A stretch of DNA of 64,000 nucleotides, taken from NCBI RefSeq assembly GCF_054482595.1, contig NZ_CM137008.1; one strand, written 5' to 3'. The number at the start of each line of letters is the position of its first letter. Within the stretch, counting starts at the first letter, position 1. The notes beneath the pieces were generated by a model that ran no database searches, had not been told where the DNA came from, and worked only from the letters and a program-made list of their open reading frames with translations. This document shows positions 47,306-56,824 of this stretch, one piece after another. Both the position numbers and the translations under genes were made by a program.

Positions 47306-47756
47306 CCATTTCTATATCCCCACCTTTTAACAACCTACTTCAGGCAAACGCGCTCGTGCAATATAAAAAGCTTCCGAGCATCATCTGAATAATTGGCTGG
47401 TGTTCTTTCTGATTTTAATTCGTTTGAGATCTTCTCCACAGAATAATTCTCGATACCATTTTTTCTCAAAGTCGAATGTGACCACTCGTCAATTTCCTTA
47501 AGCATATGCGTAATTTTTTCGTCCAGAGTTCGTTGGATTGCACGAAGTCACTGGCGAGTCCCGTTTTTATACTGTCTTCAACCACAGCATAAAAAGAGAT
47601 ATGGCTATGAAAAATTACCGCACCGTTATTCAGACATAAGCGCAGATTATGTAATTCAGAGAATTTATTCGAACTAAAGCCGATTTTCTGATTTGTCTGG
47701 CTGTACAGAAAACAGGATAAATTCCCTCCACGAGCGGAGGGAAACAGCTACAGGGA

Positions 47757-49163
47757 TTGCATATGAGTTGCTATTTGAAAGTCCTGATTTGTGCGATTGT
47801 CGCACTCGCTATATGGTTTTCCCCCGTCCCCGACGGGTTAACACCCTTAACCTGGCACATTCTGGCAATATTCATCACCACTGTGGTGGCGTTTATTCTG
47901 CAACCGTTGCCGGTAGGCGCTATCGCGTTAATAGCCATCAGTTTTATTATGCTTACCGGCATGATGAAAACCAGCGAAGCCTTAAAAGGTTTCAGCAGCA
48001 CCACGGTATGGCTTATTGTCGCCGCATTCCTGTACGCGAAAGGATTCATCAAAACGGGGTTAGGACGACGTATCGCCTATTTACTGATTCGCGGATTTGG
48101 CGGCAGCTCGTTGCGTCTGGGTTATACCTTAGCGCTAAGTGATATGATTATCGCGCCCGCAACGCCATCAAACACAGCGCGAGCAGGGGGGATTTTGTTC
48201 CCGATTGTTCGCAGTGTCTCTAACAGCTTTGGATCTGAACCGGATCAAGGGCCGCGTAAAATCGGCGCTTATCTGATGCAGACGGTGTTCCATTCCAACT
48301 GTCTCTCATCCTCGATGTTTATGACGGCCAGCGCGCCAAATGCGCTAATTGTATCTCTGGCGGCCAGCACCTTATTTGTTGATATCTCATGGGGGATGTG
48401 GACGCTAAGTGCACTGGTACCGGGCATTATCGCTTTTATCACTATGCCGTTGGTCATTTACAAACTTTACCCGCCAGAGATCAAAAAGACGCCAGAAGCC
48501 AAAGCGTTGGCACAGGAAGAACTTATCAAAATGGGGCCGGTAACCCGTGATGAGCGCGTGACGATTGGCATTTTCCTGCTTTCATTATTGGCCTGGAGTA
48601 CATCGAAATGGACTGGCCTGGATGCGACGGCTGTCGCGCTTTCCGGCGTCTGTTTAATGTTGATGACCCGGATTATCACCTGGCAGGATGTGCAGTCAGA
48701 GAAGGGGGCCTGGGACATTCTGGTCTGGCTGGGAGTCATGATCTGTATGGCAGATAAGCTCAATCAGCTTGGCCTGTTCAAATGGTTTGCCGTCACAACC
48801 TCGGCGCTGTTCACCGGCATTCCCTGGGAAATAACACTGACGGTTTTGCTGATAGTTTACTGCTATTCCCACTATTTCTTTGCCGGAAGTACGCCGCATG
48901 TAGTGGCGATGTATGCCGCTTTTGGCAGCGTCTCGGTTGCTGCAGGCGCACCGCCGATGATGGCAGCTCTGTCACTGGCGTTCGTCACTAACCTGATGAG
49001 CGGCATTTCGCATTATGGCAACGGACCCGCAGTGATCTATTACGGCGCAGGCTATGTCTCGCAACGAGAATGGTGGCGGCTGGGCTTTATCGTCATGTTG
49101 TTGAACATTGTCATCTGGTTCGGACTGGGGGCGGTGTGGTGGAAAATTCTTGGCCTGTGGTAA
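47757..49163 (+). CDS. DASS-family (divalent anion:Na+ symporter / CitT-TtdT-like) transporter
   Basis: 468-aa polytopic ORF with SNTA motifs (PATPSNTARAG); true start may be ATG 47763 (spacing to aggg); family call from motif recall only. Confidence 0.7.
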   Translation: MHMSCYLKVLICAIVALAIWFSPVPDGLTPLTWHILAIFITTVVAFILQPLPVGAIALIAISFIMLTGMMKTSEALKGFSSTTVWLIVAAFLYAKGFIKTGLGRRIAYLLIRGFGGSSLRLGYTLALSDMIIAPATPSNTARAGGILFPIVRSVSNSFGSEPDQGPRKIGAYLMQTVFHSNCLSSSMFMTASAPNALIVSLAASTLFVDISWGMWTLSALVPGIIAFITMPLVIYKLYPPEIKKTPEAKALAQEELIKMGPVTRDERVTIGIFLLSLLAWSTSKWTGLDATAVALSGVCLMLMTRIITWQDVQSEKGAWDILVWLGVMICMADKLNQLGLFKWFAVTTSALFTGIPWEITLTVLLIVYCYSHYFFAGSTPHVVAMYAAFGSVSVAAGAPPMMAALSLAFVTNLMSGISHYGNGPAVIYYGAGYVSQREWWRLGFIVMLLNIVIWFGLGAVWWKILGLW

Positions 49164-49198
49164 GTGGTCTGCGGCAAACATCAATCAAGGAATAGTGT

Positions 49199-50158
49199 AT
49201 GAACTTAAAAGATATTCAGGTGGCGATCGTCGGCAAATTAAGCGACCGCTTAATGGCTAAAGTTGAATCTACCTTCACCGCATATCGCCTGTGGGAACTG
49301 ACCGACGCAGACGCTTTTTACACGCAGATCGCGCCGGATATTCAGGCGCTGGTGACCAGTGGTAATCCGGTAATGGGAGCTTCTCGGGCGCTCATTGAAA
49401 AATTTCCGAATCTGAAGATTATTGCCAGCAACGGTGTGGGCTATGACCCTATTGATATCGTGGCAGCAAGGGAGCATGGCGTTATCGTCACCAACACCCC
49501 TGGCGTGCTTAATGATTGTGTTGCAGACATTGGCATGGCGTTGTTACTCAATGTTGCCCGACGTATTAACATTGCCGATCGTTATGTTCGTGACGGCCGT
49601 TGGCCAAACGAAGGGCGTTTCCCGATGGCGACGAAAGTGAGTGGTAAGCGTTGCGGAATTGTTGGTCTGGGGAACATTGGTAACGCTGTAGCCCGCCGTG
49701 CAGCAGCATTTGAAATGGAAATTCACTATTTCGACCCAAAACCGCATAACAAACCTGGATGGACGGCGCATGATTCGCTGGTTTCTCTGGCGCAAGCGGT
49801 GGATTTCCTCGTTCTGACGCTGCCAGGCGGGGCAAGTACACGCGGCGTTATTGACAAAACTGTGCTGCAGGCTCTGGGGGGGACCGGGCATTTGATCAGT
49901 ATTTCCCGGGGTTCAGTGGTGAACGAAACTGATCTGATTGATGCTCTGCAAAATAACATAATTGCTGGTGCGGCACTGGACGTTTATGCCAACGAACCAC
50001 ATGTGCCAGAACAATTAATGTCGCTGGATAACGTTGTCCTTACGCCACATATCGCCAGTGGTACGAGCGAAACGTTTAATGCGATGGCGGATTTGGTTTT
50101 TGATAACTTACAGGCTTTCTTTAGCGGACAGCCAGTTATTACCCCTGTTACTCAATAA
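49199..50158 (+). CDS. D-isomer-specific 2-hydroxyacid dehydrogenase family protein
   Basis: 319-aa ORF with NAD-binding GIVGLGNIG and C-terminal catalytic TPHIAS region; RBS aagga upstream. Confidence 0.75.
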   Translation: MNLKDIQVAIVGKLSDRLMAKVESTFTAYRLWELTDADAFYTQIAPDIQALVTSGNPVMGASRALIEKFPNLKIIASNGVGYDPIDIVAAREHGVIVTNTPGVLNDCVADIGMALLLNVARRINIADRYVRDGRWPNEGRFPMATKVSGKRCGIVGLGNIGNAVARRAAAFEMEIHYFDPKPHNKPGWTAHDSLVSLAQAVDFLVLTLPGGASTRGVIDKTVLQALGGTGHLISISRGSVVNETDLIDALQNNIIAGAALDVYANEPHVPEQLMSLDNVVLTPHIASGTSETFNAMADLVFDNLQAFFSGQPVITPVTQ

Positions 50159-50168
50159 GGCGGAAAAT

Positions 50169-50648
50169 ATGATTTATGGTGATATCACTTATCTTAGTGA
50201 ACAACAAAAACGAACATTTCATCCTGTCATCGCTCGTGTCATTGAGTATCTTTCACAACATGATCTGAATAGTGTTCCTGTAGGGGAGAAGGTTTTTATT
50301 CAGGATGACTCAATTTTTTATACCGTGGTTGAACCGATGACTAAACCACTACATGAATGCCGACCAGAAGTTCATCGTAAATATCTTGATGTCCATTTCT
50401 TAATTGCCGGAGAAGAGCGGGTTTGTGTGGATTTTGATGATGGAGAAAACTCGGTTGTAGAAAGCCACCTGGGCGACCGTGACGTTATTTTTTATGCTGA
50501 TGAACGTATTAATGATCGGATAATCACGTTGACACCAGGACAGTTTGTGGTGGTCTTCCCGGAAGAGGTACATCGGGCATGTTATAAAGTCGATAACGTG
50601 GAGAAAATCAAAAAAACAGTCGTGAAAATCGACATGAGTCTATTATAG
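50169..50648 (+). CDS. YhcH/YjgK/YiaL (DUF386, NanQ-like) cupin-fold protein
   Basis: ORF 50034..50648; start placed at ATG 50169 just after the dehydrogenase stop; resembles YhcH by recall (LIAGEER, PGQFVVVFPEEVH, IKKTVVKI). Confidence 0.6.
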   Translation: MIYGDITYLSEQQKRTFHPVIARVIEYLSQHDLNSVPVGEKVFIQDDSIFYTVVEPMTKPLHECRPEVHRKYLDVHFLIAGEERVCVDFDDGENSVVESHLGDRDVIFYADERINDRIITLTPGQFVVVFPEEVHRACYKVDNVEKIKKTVVKIDMSLL

Positions 50649-50660
50649 GTGGAGCTGGTT

Positions 50661-51404
50661 ATGACAAAAATTGCCCTGGTGACAGGGGGAAGTAAAGGTA
50701 TCGGCTACGCGGCAGCAAGGGCGCTCTATGACATTGGATATACTGTTATTGTTGCCGCGCGTAACGAAGAAACCTTACAGCAATGTGCACAAGAATTAGC
50801 CAAGGAACGCTTTATTCCTCTGGTTGCTGATGTAACGGATGAGTCCGCTGTCGTTGCACTATTTGCCGAGATTAAGGCTCGTTTTGGTCGACTGGATCTC
50901 TTGTTCAATAATGCGGGCAATAATAGTCCGGCAAAAAGTATTGAAGAGGTTGAGTTTACTGAGTGGATACGCGTATTTAACGCCAATATTCACTCGACAT
51001 TTTTGTGTTCGAAAGAGGCGATTAAAATTATGAAAGCGCAGCAGCCAATGGGAGGACGTATTATTAACAATGCGTCGATTTCCGCACTGACGCCGCGCCT
51101 CTATACTGCGCCATACACGGCGTCGAAACATGCTGTTACCGGGTTGACCAAGGCCATTTCCCTGGATTGTCGCAAATTTAATATCGCTTGCGGGCAAATT
51201 AATATCGGCAATGCGGAAACGACATTATCGAATCGGATGCGTAAGGGCGTTTATCAGGCAGATGGCGCTATTAAAGCGGAAGATATGATGAATGTTGCTG
51301 ATGTTGCAGCAGCCATTCAGATGATGGCCCAATTGCCAGTAACCACGAATGTGCTGGAAATAACGATTATGGCAAATAATATGCCATATGTCGGACGTGG
51401 TTAA
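50661..51404 (+). CDS. short-chain dehydrogenase/reductase (SDR)
   Basis: ORF 50649..51404; ATG 50661 preceded by aggtggag; TGGSKGIG cofactor motif, NNAG, catalytic Y-x3-K (YTASK). Confidence 0.8.
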   Translation: MTKIALVTGGSKGIGYAAARALYDIGYTVIVAARNEETLQQCAQELAKERFIPLVADVTDESAVVALFAEIKARFGRLDLLFNNAGNNSPAKSIEEVEFTEWIRVFNANIHSTFLCSKEAIKIMKAQQPMGGRIINNASISALTPRLYTAPYTASKHAVTGLTKAISLDCRKFNIACGQINIGNAETTLSNRMRKGVYQADGAIKAEDMMNVADVAAAIQMMAQLPVTTNVLEITIMANNMPYVGRG

Positions 51405-51417
51405 TCGGGATTGAATA

Positions 51418-51442
51418 AAGCACCTTGCGTATAAGGTGCTTT
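51418..51442. terminator. bidirectional hairpin between SDR gene and fadK
   Basis: aaagcaccttgcgtataaggtgcttt inverted repeat flanked by A/T runs between convergent genes. Confidence 0.7.
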
Positions 51443-51454
51443 ATTATTTATGAC

Positions 51455-53149
51455 TTATGCCTCAACGCATGATTGTTCCAGCCGTTGAACAATATCTTTC
51501 CGTAACAAAAACTTTTGTATTTTACCTGAGGCAGTACGCGGTAGTTTTTCGATTACCACGATATGTTCAGGATATTTATATTTTGCGACCCGTTTACGGC
51601 TAAAAAAAGCCACCACCTCTTCCAGCGATAATGAATGATGCGGTGCTTTCAGCACGACATAAGCGCATGAACGTTCACCTAAGCGTTCATCGGGCATTGC
51701 AACCACACAAGCATCGTGAATTTTAGGATGCTGTAATAAAATATCTTCCACTTCACGGCTGCTAATATTTTCGCCGCCGCGGACAATAATATCTTTCTTG
51801 CGCCCGGTTATTTTTATATAGCCAGCCTCATCCATGCGGCAGAGATCGCCGCTGTAATACCAGCCTTCTTCATCCATGGCACGGGCGGTTAATTCAGGTT
51901 CATCAAAATACCCCATAAACACATTGGGGCCACGCGAGGCTTCTTCACCTTCGCAACCTGGCGGTAAGGTCTTGCGTGCGTCATCGACCACTTTAATCTC
52001 TACACCTGCGGCAGCGTAACCATCGGTGTGCATAAAGCGCGACAAAGGATCATCGAGATTCACCACCGCATGCGGCGAACTTTCTGTGGAACCATAAACA
52101 CTTAATAATTTAATGCCGCGCTGCTGGCATTCACGCGCCACTTTTTTGGGGATTGTGGTACCGCCGCAAAGAAAGAAGCGCAGCGCTGAAAGGTCTGCGG
52201 GTTGTTTCTCTAGTAAATTCAAAAGATCATAGACAAACGGCGTTGCGCCGAGCATACAGGTGCAACGCTGCTGCTCAAGCAGCGCGAGACACGCATCAGG
52301 AGTGAAAATATCTAACAACACGCTGCGAGCGCCAATTAAGAATGGTGCCGTTACGCCATGCAGAAAGCCCGTTGCGTGGCCGAGTGGCGCAGGCATCATA
52401 AAGACATCCTGCCAGGTCAGATTCAGCCGCGCGCAATAAGCCCGCTCACTGGCGAGAATATTGTTATGCGTTAGCATCACGCCCTTTGGCAGACCCTCGG
52501 TTCCGGAGGTAAACAGCACCGCAGCTAATTCATCGCCGTGGGTCGTTATCGCCGTGGTCAGTGGGGTATTGTCGGCGATAATCTGACTTAATGAGAGGGA
52601 AGAGGTGGCGGGAGCCAGTTTGTCCACGCCGACAATTTGTTGTAGTTGTGGAAGCTGATTTTGCAGCGGCAGGATTAAATCTACCGGACGCGTTTGTTTA
52701 AACAACGTCGGTGCAAAGAACATTTTTGCCTGACACTTATTGAGCACCCACACCAGTTCTGCTTCCCGCCAGGAAGGCAACAGCGGCACGGAAACCGCAC
52801 CGATTTTCAGGCAGGCAAGATAGATAACGGTAAATTCACACCAGCCTGGCAGTTGAAATGCGATGCGATCGCCTGATTCAATACCCTTCGCTAACATCCA
52901 GTTTGCCAGACAGCTCGCGGCGTGATCGAGCGCGCTATAGGTGTACGATGCTCCATGATTATCGACCACGGCAATTTTGTCTGGCATCGCACGAGCGGTC
53001 TGCTGCCAGTAATCGGCCAGCGAAGCATCGCCCCATAGCCCTTGCTGACGATACGCCGCACGACGTTGTTCGTTAAACGTTAATGTCACTTTCATTTTGG
53101 ACTCTCGAAACAGAACATCAGGCCCGAGATGCGGGCCTGTGGGATGCAT
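51455..53149 (-). CDS. fadK: short-chain acyl-CoA synthetase
   Basis: 564-aa ORF, AMP-binding family; true start may be the internal MKVTLTF. Confidence 0.9.
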   Translation of the reverse strand: MHPTGPHLGPDVLFRESKMKVTLTFNEQRRAAYRQQGLWGDASLADYWQQTARAMPDKIAVVDNHGASYTYSALDHAASCLANWMLAKGIESGDRIAFQLPGWCEFTVIYLACLKIGAVSVPLLPSWREAELVWVLNKCQAKMFFAPTLFKQTRPVDLILPLQNQLPQLQQIVGVDKLAPATSSLSLSQIIADNTPLTTAITTHGDELAAVLFTSGTEGLPKGVMLTHNNILASERAYCARLNLTWQDVFMMPAPLGHATGFLHGVTAPFLIGARSVLLDIFTPDACLALLEQQRCTCMLGATPFVYDLLNLLEKQPADLSALRFFLCGGTTIPKKVARECQQRGIKLLSVYGSTESSPHAVVNLDDPLSRFMHTDGYAAAGVEIKVVDDARKTLPPGCEGEEASRGPNVFMGYFDEPELTARAMDEEGWYYSGDLCRMDEAGYIKITGRKKDIIVRGGENISSREVEDILLQHPKIHDACVVAMPDERLGERSCAYVVLKAPHHSLSLEEVVAFFSRKRVAKYKYPEHIVVIEKLPRTASGKIQKFLLRKDIVQRLEQSCVEA

Positions 53150-53151
53150 GA

Positions 53152-53445
53152 TTAGCCGTAGCGAAAATCAATACCGAAGGTGCCTGCGGGATATTGCCAC
53201 TGTTCGAGAATAGTGTTACCGCACAGCACCCGACAGGTGCCGCACTCCAGACAACCGGCAGAATCAAAATGAATGTTGCCGGCGTCATCCTGCTTATAAA
53301 GTCCGGCAGGGCAGGCTTTCATTAATTTTTGAAATTCTTTGATGTCGGGATTTGCCGCCAGAATAATATGTGGATGGCCCTCATCAACATGGAATTTATT
53401 GACGCCTAATTTGACATCAACGTTAACCGTAGCGTTCTGGCTCAT
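53152..53445 (-). CDS. ydiT: ferredoxin-like protein (FixX-like)
   Basis: 97-aa ORF with Cys cluster. Confidence 0.9.
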   Translation of the reverse strand: MSQNATVNVDVKLGVNKFHVDEGHPHIILAANPDIKEFQKLMKACPAGLYKQDDAGNIHFDSAGCLECGTCRVLCGNTILEQWQYPAGTFGIDFRYG

Positions 53446-54731
53446 AGCGCGGTTGCTCCCTTAATGCCATCTTTCAGCAGATTGATCAGCCCGATTTTCT
53501 TCGCGTGTCCCATGATCATTTTGCGTACCGGCTGGTTTGGTTTGCCGTCAATGGTGAACATCTCGTTCATGATGTCGGCTACCATTCGTGGGTATTGGCT
53601 AAACAGGCGCGGGTTTTCCATCAGCGCCGGGATCTTGCGAAAATGCTGCATATCACGCATGACGCAGCTTTGTTCCAGCTCACGTTTGTATTGCGCAAGA
53701 CTGCTGGCGGAGAAATCCGCGCGTTCTTTGGCGGCGATCACCGTTGTGGCGGCAGCCTGAGCCGATGCAATGGCTAAATCCATGCCGCGGACCGTAAAAC
53801 CCAAATTCAGGCAGAAGCCTGCGGCGTCACCAACGATCATCACGCCCTCGTTAACCAGTTGCGGCACCATTGCCAGACCGCCTTCCGGCACCATATGCGC
53901 GGAATATTCAAGCAGTTTGCCGCCGCTAATCAGCGGGCGAATGGCGGGGTGTTGTTTAAAATCTTCCAGCATTTGCGGCACGCTTTTTTGCGCATGGGCG
54001 ATATCACCCAATCCACAAACCAGCCCCAACGATATGGAATCCTTATTGGTATAGAGGAATCCGCCACCCATCAGACCGTCAGAAGGGGAACCGGCAAACA
54101 GCCAGGCGGCACCTTCCTCGCCCGTAATATTAAAACGATCGTTGATCTGTTCTGGTGTGAGGCCAATAACCTCTTTAACACCAACAGCGTAATGATGCGG
54201 TTCGGAAGCGGGAACCATTCCCAGCGAGCGGCCAAGCATCGAGTTAACGCCATCAGCCAGAATCACCACATTCGCTTCGAGAATATCATCCCCAGCCTGG
54301 ACGCCAGTGACCTTGTTTCCTTCACGAACCAGCGCATCGACGCGAACTCCCGGGATAAACTGTGCGCCCGCCTGCTCGGCTTGTTCCATCAACCACGGGT
54401 CCAGACGATTACGCAATACGGTATAAGATGCGTGTTGCGGAACATCTGGTTGCTCGCGGTGAAAATCGAGGGTAACGGCGCTCTCTTCGGTTAAGAAGGA
54501 GATTTTCTCGCGTGTGACCTTGCGTTCTACCGGCGCTGATGCTGCAAAGCCTGGAATGATTGCTTCAAGTGTGTGGGCATAAAGACGCCCGCCGGTCATG
54601 TTTTTACATCCGGCACTGTCGCCGCGTTCTATCACCAGGACATCCAGCCCGGCTCGTGCCATGACCAGTGCGGCAACGCTACCAGCAACGCCCGCACCGA
54701 CCACAATGGCATCAAATTTGTCATCCGACAT
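53442..54731 (-). CDS. ydiS: FixC-like flavoprotein (ETF-quinone oxidoreductase homolog)
   Basis: 429-aa ORF with FAD motif VVGAGVAGS. Confidence 0.9.
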   Translation of the reverse strand: MSDDKFDAIVVGAGVAGSVAALVMARAGLDVLVIERGDSAGCKNMTGGRLYAHTLEAIIPGFAASAPVERKVTREKISFLTEESAVTLDFHREQPDVPQHASYTVLRNRLDPWLMEQAEQAGAQFIPGVRVDALVREGNKVTGVQAGDDILEANVVILADGVNSMLGRSLGMVPASEPHHYAVGVKEVIGLTPEQINDRFNITGEEGAAWLFAGSPSDGLMGGGFLYTNKDSISLGLVCGLGDIAHAQKSVPQMLEDFKQHPAIRPLISGGKLLEYSAHMVPEGGLAMVPQLVNEGVMIVGDAAGFCLNLGFTVRGMDLAIASAQAAATTVIAAKERADFSASSLAQYKRELEQSCVMRDMQHFRKIPALMENPRLFSQYPRMVADIMNEMFTIDGKPNQPVRKMIMGHAKKIGLINLLKDGIKGATAL

Positions 54732-54786
54732 GCGTTATGCTCCCTTCCCGCTGCGTTTACAGCGGGAGATGTGGTTGAAAGGGGAA

Positions 54787-55725
54787 TTAGCGGCTCAACT
54801 GGCTAATCAGGGTAGGGACGACTTTGTAGATATCGCCCACCAGACCGTAGTCGGCATAGTTGAAGATTGGCGCATTTTTATCTTTATTGATGGCGACAAT
54901 CACTTTTGCGCCGTTGCCGCCAACCATATGTTGGATCTGCCCGGAGATCCCCAGCGTCAGGTAGAGATCGGATTTCAGCAACACGCCGGAGACACCGATA
55001 TAACGTTCACGCTCCATCCAGTTCTCGCCTTCGGCAATTGGACGTGAACAGCCGACTTCAGCATTCAGCACCGCCGCCAGTTCGTGGACCATTTTCAGGT
55101 CATCCTGCGCTGCCAGACCACGACCGACGCCAACCACACGTTTTGCTTTGCTCAGGTCCACGCTGCTTGCCGCTTTCGCACGGCGCTCGCGACAGAGAAT
55201 TTCATGACGCGGAGCAACATAAGGTACCGTTTCTGTCGGGCACTGATGAGAGGTATCACTGGTGCACGGTTCCTGAACACCGGGTGCAAGGGTAATGATC
55301 GCCAGCGAGCTGTTGATCTTTTCCTGAGCGAACGCTAACCCGCCATACATCCGGTGTTCGGCGCAAATGTGACCATCGACAATATCCACCGCCGTGGCAT
55401 CGTTCACCAGCGCCGCATTCAGTTGCACACTTAACCGTGCTGCCAGCGCTTTACCACGTTTCGTCGCGGCCAGTAGCAACATAGCGGGGTGTTTATCTTT
55501 CAGCAGAGCAGCAATGCTTTCGGCGTAATTTTCAGTGCGTTGCAGCGCGTCGTTTTGCGCAAGAACATAAATACATTTTGGACCATAAGGCATAACTGCC
55601 TGCACCTGGTCGGTATTTTGTACAATGGCATACACCTGTTGGCCCCATTGCTGAGCGCCGCCAAACAGTTCAGCATAACGTTCAGGATTATCGCTAAAGA
55701 CCCAGACGCTGTTTAATTGACTCAT
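54787..55725 (-). CDS. ydiR: electron transfer flavoprotein alpha subunit
   Basis: 312-aa ORF. Confidence 0.9.
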   Translation of the reverse strand: MSQLNSVWVFSDNPERYAELFGGAQQWGQQVYAIVQNTDQVQAVMPYGPKCIYVLAQNDALQRTENYAESIAALLKDKHPAMLLLAATKRGKALAARLSVQLNAALVNDATAVDIVDGHICAEHRMYGGLAFAQEKINSSLAIITLAPGVQEPCTSDTSHQCPTETVPYVAPRHEILCRERRAKAASSVDLSKAKRVVGVGRGLAAQDDLKMVHELAAVLNAEVGCSRPIAEGENWMERERYIGVSGVLLKSDLYLTLGISGQIQHMVGGNGAKVIVAINKDKNAPIFNYADYGLVGDIYKVVPTLISQLSR

Positions 55726-55744
55726 CGTTTCTTCTCCGTAGGCT

Positions 55745-56509
55745 TCAGTTCAGGGCTTTCTTCAGATGTTCCGCCAGCTCGGCAATGGCCTCCGGCGAAT
55801 CGTTATCGAGAATGATGTGCTTACGTTCTGTTTGCGGCGGTACGCGAATGCCGGTCAGTTCAGCAAGTGGTGCGCTCTGGCTCCAGCCAATATCACTTGC
55901 CTGCCACTGATTTACCGGTTTTTTACCCGCGCCGAGAATGGCTTTCATCGAAGGAATGCGTGGCACGTTAATATCGGAGGTGACGCAGAGCACGGCTGGA
56001 ACAGAGAGTTCAATAACTTCAACGTCATCTTCAAGCGTGCGTTCAATCACCAGTGTATTGCCCTGACGCTGAATAGCACTCACTGCATTAATCACCGGAA
56101 GTTGCAGAATTTCTCCGACCAGCAAGCCAACCTGCTGGGCATAAAGGTCGCCGGAACCTTCACCAAAGATCAGTAAATCGAAGCCGATCTTTTCAACTGC
56201 TGCCGCCAGCGCTTTTGCGGTATCGAGAGGCAGTGCATGCTCAAGTTGTGCATCCTGCACCATATACAGGCTGTGCGGCCCGCGGGATAGCACGTCTTTG
56301 CGCACTTTCGAGTTCTGCAACAATGAGCCGCCAACGGTCAGCGCGGCTATCTCATCGTCATCTGTTGCAAGCTGGCTTGCAGCTTCAATGGCATTGAGAT
56401 CGAACTGGCTGATTTTGGCGTCGGCATTGTCGAAATTCAGGGTGTATTCTGGAGTGACAACAATGTCCTGTTCTTCAGGCACCAGCTTAAAGCAGGTTAT
56501 TATTTTCAT
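55745..56509 (-). CDS. ydiQ: electron transfer flavoprotein beta subunit
   Basis: ORF 55745..56608; start at MKIITCFKLV. Confidence 0.88.
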   Translation of the reverse strand: MKIITCFKLVPEEQDIVVTPEYTLNFDNADAKISQFDLNAIEAASQLATDDDEIAALTVGGSLLQNSKVRKDVLSRGPHSLYMVQDAQLEHALPLDTAKALAAAVEKIGFDLLIFGEGSGDLYAQQVGLLVGEILQLPVINAVSAIQRQGNTLVIERTLEDDVEVIELSVPAVLCVTSDINVPRIPSMKAILGAGKKPVNQWQASDIGWSQSAPLAELTGIRVPPQTERKHIILDNDSPEAIAELAEHLKKALN

Positions 56510-56824
56510 GATTTCTCCTGTGAGTCGCATACGGAACCATCTCCGATGGAAGGTAAAAATGGCCTGAAAATAGTGTGCGATAGCGGTGCGGGGTTTTCGA
56601 CGGAGCAAGCTGTTTTCCTTGCCAACAATCTTGCAAAAAAAATGCGATCGCTAAAACAAAAGTGCAATTTGCGGCAATATAGTTATTCCATGACCGTACA
56701 ATCTTGCATTCAGTGTAAATAATCTTGTTTAGCTCTCGCTAAACGCGGTTGTATAACCGCAATACACGCCGTATTTTATCCGGCATATATTGTTTTTGCT
56801 TGCTCATGGAATAGGGAGGTTGTC

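Larger units (their letters stand above)
47274..51454 (+). other. four-gene insert between ppsA and fadK, not present at this position in K-12 by my recall
   Basis: ppsA (b1702) and fadK (b1701) are adjacent in MG1655 as I remember it; here about 4.2 kb with four co-directional ORFs separates them. Confidence 0.6.

Noticed and set aside
47693-48142. 149-aa forward ORF overlapping the start of the DASS transporter gene in another frame
   Set aside because: The overlapping 468-aa transporter frame has a coherent membrane-protein sequence; this alternative frame is Arg/His-rich low-complexity and implausible
50034-50168. Upstream extension of the YhcH-like ORF into the dehydrogenase gene
   Set aside because: Extension overlaps the 3' end of the dehydrogenase; ATG at 50169 directly follows the dehydrogenase stop and gives a product of family-typical length
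47274-51454. Interpreting the ppsA-fadK insert as a defence island or mobile element
   Set aside because: No nuclease, ATPase, methyltransferase, toxin, integrase, transposase, direct repeats or tRNA were seen; all four products have metabolic/transport signatures
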